Assembly (NCBI GenBank): GCA_003599145.1
Contig: QZIT01000001.1
Span: 3,831-67,830 of the forward strand
Reading direction: 5' to 3'
Length of the DNA stretch: 64,000 nt
From: Candidatus Woesearchaeota archaeon
Lineage (GTDB): Archaea > Nanobdellota > Nanobdellia > Woesearchaeales > UBA9642
The translations under genes were made by a program, and so were the position numbers. The notes under the pieces are model-generated. The model was not told the origin of the DNA and ran no database searches. It worked only from the letters and a program-made list of their open reading frames with translations. Shown here one piece after another: positions 58,483 to 64,000 of this stretch (position 1 is the stretch's first letter; every line of letters begins with the position of its first letter).

Positions 58483-59802
58483 TTGCTTCTTCTGCAATGC
58501 TCTTGGCTCATCACCGCCATGCCACGTAAATCGCGGCCTTACTTTTAAAGGATACATTCGCTCATTAGTATCATCAAAAATAATCCCTGCTCCTTTCACC
58601 TTAGGCAGATGATCTAGCTGTTCAACTAATCCTTCTCGCATATAGCTTTGCATTAAAGTGCCTAAAGCATCAACGTCCATTTTAGCAGTAATTCTATGAG
58701 CAAGAACAATATCACTTTGCGTCATGACATCTGTATGGATTTTCCCCGGTTGCTGGGTTGCTAAAATTAAAGATAAACCAGGCTGCCTTCCTTCTCTTAA
58801 GATGGTAACTAAAGGGTCTGTTGCAAGCGTTTTCCCGCTTACAGGCAAAAATTCGTGTGCTTCATCAATAACCAACCAGACTAAGGGAAATTCCTGTTTC
58901 ACTTCATTATCTCCAAAGTAATTGATAGATTTGTTTATTTCCTTGCTCTCTTCATTTTTTCTTGCAATCATCCGTTCAATAAACAATTTTTCCGCTATCA
59001 AGCCAATAACCAGGTTCTTAATATTCCATGAATTTTCCATGGTTGCATAGCAGGAAACATCCAAAACAGTTACTTGTCCGGGCATGGCCAATTCCTTTAA
59101 AGATGTTCCCTCTTTATCAAACAATCCCCAGTCTTGAGCATTTAAAAACCTGTTTTTAGCCGCATGCAAGGTTACCTTCTCGCTTTCCTTGTCTTTTAAT
59201 ATTTGGGCAATAATGTCCTGTATGCCATATTCTGCTTTTTTTTCTTTTAATAATCCAATAGTCCTCTCTATCAAAACACCAACAGGGTCGTTTAGGGGAA
59301 TGTCAAAGGTCATGCACCAGTCTCTTGCATCCAATTCAGAAGGCTTAATGGAAAAAGGAAAATCTGTTGGAATTTTTTTCTTTTTATAATCGAGGTGGTA
59401 TTGCTTAGGGGTAAATATTTTAACATCAAGACCTTTTTCAGTCATGCTCCATTCATTCAATAATTTTTTTTCCCTTCTATTGGGATATTTCATGGTCCAG
59501 TAAATGCCCATAGTATCAAGTAAAATAACCGAAATGTTCTGCTTTACGTTCAAGGGCAAATCAGAAATTCCCTCTGCTATGACTCCCATAGACCAGCTTT
59601 TTCCAGAGCCTCTTTTTCCGCAGATAAAAACAACATGAGACCTATTGACATCAAGATAAATATTGTTGCTCAAGCTTGTTGTTCTTCCCATTTGAATATA
59701 GTGCTTTCCTAAAAGAATAGCTCCTTCTGAACCGTATTTTTCCTTATCCTCTTCATTTCTTCCTATGACAATATCAAACATACTGTATCCTAGCAAAGTC
59801 AT
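58477..59802 (-). CDS. Soluble HerA-like (DUF87) ATPase
   Basis: GKRGSGKS, LLDTMG, LVIDEAH, REGRQPG, LATQQP. Start may be 59781. Confidence 0.88.
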   Translation of the reverse strand: MTLLGYSMFDIVIGRNEEDKEKYGSEGAILLGKHYIQMGRTTSLSNNIYLDVNRSHVVFICGKRGSGKSWSMGVIAEGISDLPLNVKQNISVILLDTMGIYWTMKYPNRREKKLLNEWSMTEKGLDVKIFTPKQYHLDYKKKKIPTDFPFSIKPSELDARDWCMTFDIPLNDPVGVLIERTIGLLKEKKAEYGIQDIIAQILKDKESEKVTLHAAKNRFLNAQDWGLFDKEGTSLKELAMPGQVTVLDVSCYATMENSWNIKNLVIGLIAEKLFIERMIARKNEESKEINKSINYFGDNEVKQEFPLVWLVIDEAHEFLPVSGKTLATDPLVTILREGRQPGLSLILATQQPGKIHTDVMTQSDIVLAHRITAKMDVDALGTLMQSYMREGLVEQLDHLPKVKGAGIIFDDTNERMYPLKVRPRFTWHGGDEPRALQKKQS

Positions 59803-59837
59803 TATATAAATGTTTTGTTAAACTTTATAAACAAGGT

Positions 59838-60989
59838 TTGCTTAGTGCATCCATGGATGTTTTTGACCAATATAGTGCAAAAGAAGCGCATAAACTCTTA
59901 GAACAGTTTGTCAGCTTTATCAAAAAAGGCTACCATAAAGAAAAAATCAAGCAGGTTTTAGATTTAAGAATTGGCAATACTGCACTTGCAGAACTGTACA
60001 GCATGGCAAGGGCAAGAATCAATGCCAAAAACAAGCAATTGCCCCATCTTTTTTTTAACCTTGATGACTTGCGTTTTTGCACTCACCAGTTAGTTGCAGA
60101 GTACAGGGCAAAACAGGTTAAAGGAAATGTTGTTGATTTATGCTCAGGAGTAGGCATACAGGCATTAGCATTTGCGAAACAGGCAAAACACGTTTTAGCC
60201 ATTGAAGTTGATCCAAGAAAAGTAAGCTATGCAAAAAAAAATGCTGAATTATTGAACATAAAAAACATTACTTTTCTAGAGGGAAATGTTTTAGCTGCAG
60301 AAATTATTCAACAGGTAAAGGAATTTCATCCTGATGTTGTTTTTTGCGACCCTGAACGGCTTCCTGAGGAAAAAGAAAGAGCTGTTGAAAACATCCAGCC
60401 AGATTTGCACGCGCTGGTAAAAAAATATGGTTTTTGCAAAAATATCATGATAGAACTTCCTCCTCAAATAAAGAAAATTCCGTTTGAAGGAGAAAAAGAA
60501 TATATCAGCATCAGTCATGAGTTAAACCGATTGACTGTTTATTTGAATAGGGAAAATAAAAATAGCGTTGTATTATTGCCAACAGAAGAAAAGATTTCAG
60601 GACTGCCAGAAAAAAAGCAGTTTGAAAAAGCTGAAACACCCTTGCAGTATCTCTATGAAATAGACCCTGCTGTTATCAAAGCAGAACTTGACCTTTTAAA
60701 GAACGAAAAATGCATCTTTTTCTATGAACATCTCATAACTTCCAACGAGTTCATCAAAAATAACTTTTTAACAGCGTACTCGGTCATCTTTTTTTCAAAA
60801 AGCAAAAGTGAAATTATTGAAAAGCTCAAGGAATTAAACGCAGGAAGTGTTATCATCAAAGGAAAGGTTGATGAAAAAGAATACTGGACTATCAGAAATA
60901 ATTTTGAAAAGGAACTGACAGGTAATAAAACGTTTTATCTTTTCTTGCAGGAGTATTACTGCGTTGCTGAAAAATTACTTCTGCCCTGA
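59838..60989 (+). CDS. Class I SAM-dependent methyltransferase (probably RNA)
   Basis: VDLCSGVG, AIEVD, FCDPER. Start may be 59853. Confidence 0.82.
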   Translation: MLSASMDVFDQYSAKEAHKLLEQFVSFIKKGYHKEKIKQVLDLRIGNTALAELYSMARARINAKNKQLPHLFFNLDDLRFCTHQLVAEYRAKQVKGNVVDLCSGVGIQALAFAKQAKHVLAIEVDPRKVSYAKKNAELLNIKNITFLEGNVLAAEIIQQVKEFHPDVVFCDPERLPEEKERAVENIQPDLHALVKKYGFCKNIMIELPPQIKKIPFEGEKEYISISHELNRLTVYLNRENKNSVVLLPTEEKISGLPEKKQFEKAETPLQYLYEIDPAVIKAELDLLKNEKCIFFYEHLITSNEFIKNNFLTAYSVIFFSKSKSEIIEKLKELNAGSVIIKGKVDEKEYWTIRNNFEKELTGNKTFYLFLQEYYCVAEKLLLP

Positions 60990-61790
60990 ATCCAATAAAT
61001 CAAAGACTTCTTCTGGTTTTTTGCCTTCAACAACAACTCTTCGTAACGCTCTGGATAAAGCAAATGGCTTGTCGCTTTGCCAGATGTTTCTTCCAACAGC
61101 AACACCACTGCCACCGCAATCAAGCACTTCCTGAACCACTTTTAAAAATTCCTTGCCAGAAAGTTTATCACCGCCTGACAAAACAATTTTTGCCCTGCCT
61201 GCATTCTTGACAACCCATTTAAAGCCTTCCATGTCTCTATTATATTTTATTTTAATAACATCTGCGCCTAATTCCAAGCCAATTCTTGCGCTGTAAGCGA
61301 GCAAATCTGTTGCCATATCGTCTTTAATGTCATCTCCCCTAGGATACATCCATGCAATAACAGGCAACCCGTAATCATGTGCTGTTTCCACTATTTTTCC
61401 AAATTCTGAAAAAATTTCAGGTTCTTTTGGAGAGCCATCATAGACGGTATAACCAACTGCAGAAGCGCCTAATTTAATGGCTCTTTCAACACTGCATAAT
61501 TGTCTGCTGATAGGCTGAATTTTAGGCAAGCTGGTTTTCCCGTTTAATTTAATTATTAAAGGAATGTCTTTATAAAAATCCTGATAGTATTTTTCTGCAA
61601 GCCCATGACCTAAAATAACTCCAGTATACCTGCTTTCAAGCGCAATATCCAAAATATAGTTGGGATCATAGTTCTTTAAATTAAAATCCCTTGGGCCGTG
61701 CTCTAAGCCCTGGTCATATGCTAAAAACAGAAACTTGCCATTTTGCCTTATCTTATTGAGATTAATCATACGTACACCTCTTTTTTTCAT
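60975..61790 (-). CDS. Class I fructose-bisphosphate aldolase (DhnA/FbaB family)
   Basis: AYDQGLEHGP, WMYPRG, ELGADVIKIKY, SGG, AVGRNIWQ. Confidence 0.93.
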   Translation of the reverse strand: MKKRGVRMINLNKIRQNGKFLFLAYDQGLEHGPRDFNLKNYDPNYILDIALESRYTGVILGHGLAEKYYQDFYKDIPLIIKLNGKTSLPKIQPISRQLCSVERAIKLGASAVGYTVYDGSPKEPEIFSEFGKIVETAHDYGLPVIAWMYPRGDDIKDDMATDLLAYSARIGLELGADVIKIKYNRDMEGFKWVVKNAGRAKIVLSGGDKLSGKEFLKVVQEVLDCGGSGVAVGRNIWQSDKPFALSRALRRVVVEGKKPEEVFDLLDSGQK

Positions 61791-61860
61791 TTAGCAAAAA
61801 GAGGTATTTAAATGTTGCTGTTTTGATAAAATATTTAAAGAGTATCAACAAAAAGAGAGT

Positions 61861-64000
61861 GTGAAAAGCGTTGCATTGTTCATCATCATATTCTGCTTAT
61901 GCATGTTTTCAGTCTCTGCTTTAACCAAGCAAAATGTAATAGACATTCACAACAATGCAGTTTTACAAATGCTTTCTCATCCAGAAAACGCACCCTTAAC
62001 CAGTCAAGAAATAAATGATCTTGATCTGTATATTAAAGCACTTGATCCCTCAGCTGAAATTGATTTAACATGGGTAGGTCCTAACTCAGGATTAACTTTA
62101 GAAGAGATTATTGAAAAAACGACTGAAGATGATACTCAAGAAAAAAATCAACAGAAAGAAACTGCATCGCTGAATTGCAAGGCATCCGGAGGAACATGCA
62201 CGTGGCTTGCGTGTAATAATAATCAAGTACGAGTCCAAAGAAGTTGCGGCATGATGGGTTCTTTCGGAGCAAAATGTTGCATAACCAATAATCAAGAAAG
62301 AAACATCTGCACTCATGGAGAAATACGACAATGCGGTCCATCGACAGAACAAGGCATATGCACTAAAGGAATACAGCAATGCAGCAATAATGCATGGAAC
62401 AATTGTGTTGGTGCAATCTATCCAGAAGAGGAAAGCTGCAACGACCAAATAGACAACAACTGCAATGGACAAGTAGATGAAGCATGCAACGCTGAACAAT
62501 TTTCTGAAGAACTTCATGAAAACGACTGGATAAGACTGAAAGAATTTACTGCTGTCAGAGTTAACGCAGGATTTTCAAGCCCAATAGGGTTTTATGCTCA
62601 AGAAGGCCAAAAATGCCAAGTAGGAACTTTAACAATCATTGACTATCAACGATGGTGGAGAGTTACTTGCATAACCGTAGTGCCTAGAATACCTCCTGGA
62701 AGAATGTCTTATCACGGAGGATTTATGCTAGAGGGAAGCTGGATGGAAAAAACAACAGGAGGCAGTTTAAACAAACCGGCTGAACAACTGTCTATTTCAA
62801 ATTCTAATACTGTAGAGCAACTTTCTATTACGCCTTATACCATTCAAGCTAGAGATCCTGATGGCAAACGATTAAGAGCCAATATAGATTGGGGGGATAA
62901 TGGAGATACTAGCCAAGACTTTATTCAAAATTATGTATATATGAACGGTATTCTTAATGATACTGCTTGGCATTTTTATGCTGCTACAGGAACCTACACC
63001 ATAACCTTATACGTTTGGGACGATGAAGGATTGCTCAGCACAACTTCAAAAGAAATAACGGTTACTCCTTCAACAGTATATGTTCCTGATACTATCATCC
63101 GTGGAAGTTCAAGACGCTTTCAAGGACAATTACTAACAGGACCTCAGCAAGTAGAATTAAATCAAGAGAATTCTTGGAGAATAACGATACAGGAAGCAAA
63201 TTTCAAAGAGTTTATTGTTCATTGGGGAGATGGTACTTCCGATACCTACGATGCAAATAACACACCCGGGCAACCAGGATCTGCTAACGCAGTTGCAAAG
63301 CATACCTATACAACTCCTGGAATATACAACATCACGATGATTGCAGTGGAGCATACAGGAGTTCATGGTTCTCTCACTAAAGATATTGGTGTTTTAGGAC
63401 CTGCACTCAAAACACGTTTTACCGATGACGACGTTATCAGGTCAACAACAAACATCCCCATAGTGTACATTCCGTCAAGATGGGATTGGTATGAATTTTA
63501 TAGAGAAGATACTGGCACTCAGGAAAAATATGCAATAGGAAAAATTGCTAAGGGAAGATTTGGAAATGAGTATTACACTACAGGACCTTTATACTACAAT
63601 TTTGCATGGTGGTGGAAAGTTGATTTTGGATCTGGAGCAGATGGTTGGGTAAATAATGAATTCATAGATGAAGTTTGTCCTCCTTTAACTGCAGAACAGC
63701 TTTCCAGTAAAGAAAGATTTGCAGAAGGAGAATGTATCTGGATTGTACAGGGCGTAAGCAGCCTGGGTGTAGCAAGTGCTCCTACAGATATTCGTGACTA
63801 CGGCCTTAATTTTCCTCCTGCGGGAATTCAAAGAATACAATGGACAGATCCCTATAGCACAAGCAACCTCGGAATTATCACAGGTAGTTCTTTTACGCAC
63901 TTGCAGTATGTTTGGTGGCCTATTTCATGGGATGCAGGAGTAAGAGGCTGGTCAGCAGGAAACTGGCTAGCTAGTGAAAGAAGCAAACCGCAAATTGGGA
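61861..64000 (+). CDS. Secreted modular protein (defensin-like and Cys-rich motifs, two PKD domains, SH3b-like repeats); runs off the window
   Basis: Not in the ORF track because it is open-ended. GTG start MKSVALFIIIFCLCMFSVSA, EESCNDQIDNNCNGQVDE, IDWGD/VHWGDG...HTY...GIY, WWKVDFGSGADGWV. No stop seen in manual translation up to 64000. Confidence 0.85.
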   Translation, partial: MKSVALFIIIFCLCMFSVSALTKQNVIDIHNNAVLQMLSHPENAPLTSQEINDLDLYIKALDPSAEIDLTWVGPNSGLTLEEIIEKTTEDDTQEKNQQKETASLNCKASGGTCTWLACNNNQVRVQRSCGMMGSFGAKCCITNNQERNICTHGEIRQCGPSTEQGICTKGIQQCSNNAWNNCVGAIYPEEESCNDQIDNNCNGQVDEACNAEQFSEELHENDWIRLKEFTAVRVNAGFSSPIGFYAQEGQKCQVGTLTIIDYQRWWRVTCITVVPRIPPGRMSYHGGFMLEGSWMEKTTGGSLNKPAEQLSISNSNTVEQLSITPYTIQARDPDGKRLRANIDWGDNGDTSQDFIQNYVYMNGILNDTAWHFYAATGTYTITLYVWDDEGLLSTTSKEITVTPSTVYVPDTIIRGSSRRFQGQLLTGPQQVELNQENSWRITIQEANFKEFIVHWGDGTSDTYDANNTPGQPGSANAVAKHTYTTPGIYNITMIAVEHTGVHGSLTKDIGVLGPALKTRFTDDDVIRSTTNIPIVYIPSRWDWYEFYREDTGTQEKYAIGKIAKGRFGNEYYTTGPLYYNFAWWWKVDFGSGADGWVNNEFIDEVCPPLTAEQLSSKERFAEGECIWIVQGVSSLGVASAPTDIRDYGLNFPPAGIQRIQWTDPYSTSNLGIITGSSFTHLQYVWWPISWDAGVRGWSAGNWLASERSKPQIG

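Noticed and set aside
58477-59802. Soluble HerA-like ATPase as a defence system or HerA-NurA repair operon
   Set aside because: No nurA/mre11/rad50, SIR2 or nuclease partner is adjacent. The neighbours are housekeeping genes.

Overview
AT-rich archaeal chromosomal segment (gatD/gatE, Cdc48, Bud32, archaeal SRP RNA, TATA-led genes). Gene content and style suggest a DPANN archaeon, most likely Woesearchaeota-like (inference). 1-9.3 kb is an archaellum locus: flaI, flaH, flaF/G, a FlaC protein fused to a DUF5752-like domain, three archaellins, an oppositely oriented archaellin/TPR-like/wHTH cassette and a DUF835-HTH regulator, with no chemotaxis genes in the window. 9.3-13.4 kb holds a Bat-type HTH plus polyprenyl synthase pair with twin operators, a tRNA-Arg(CCU) split by a 139-nt T-loop intron, truD and adk. 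13.5-35.6 kb is the best candidate for an undescribed system: three RHH regulators, a 1000-aa surface protein, a membrane-spanning HerA/VirB4-type ATPase, a coiled-coil protein, a 3158-aa modular adhesin-like protein and a multi-TM protein. The ATPase's extracellular N-domain appears homologous to the C-terminal domain of the giant protein, which also carries a 182-aa insert bounded by intein-like C...HN/T junctions. The rest is mostly housekeeping and lipid-handling genes, ending in a secreted protein with SH3b-like, PKD and defensin-like modules that runs off the window. All family calls come from motif recognition by eye, not from database searches.
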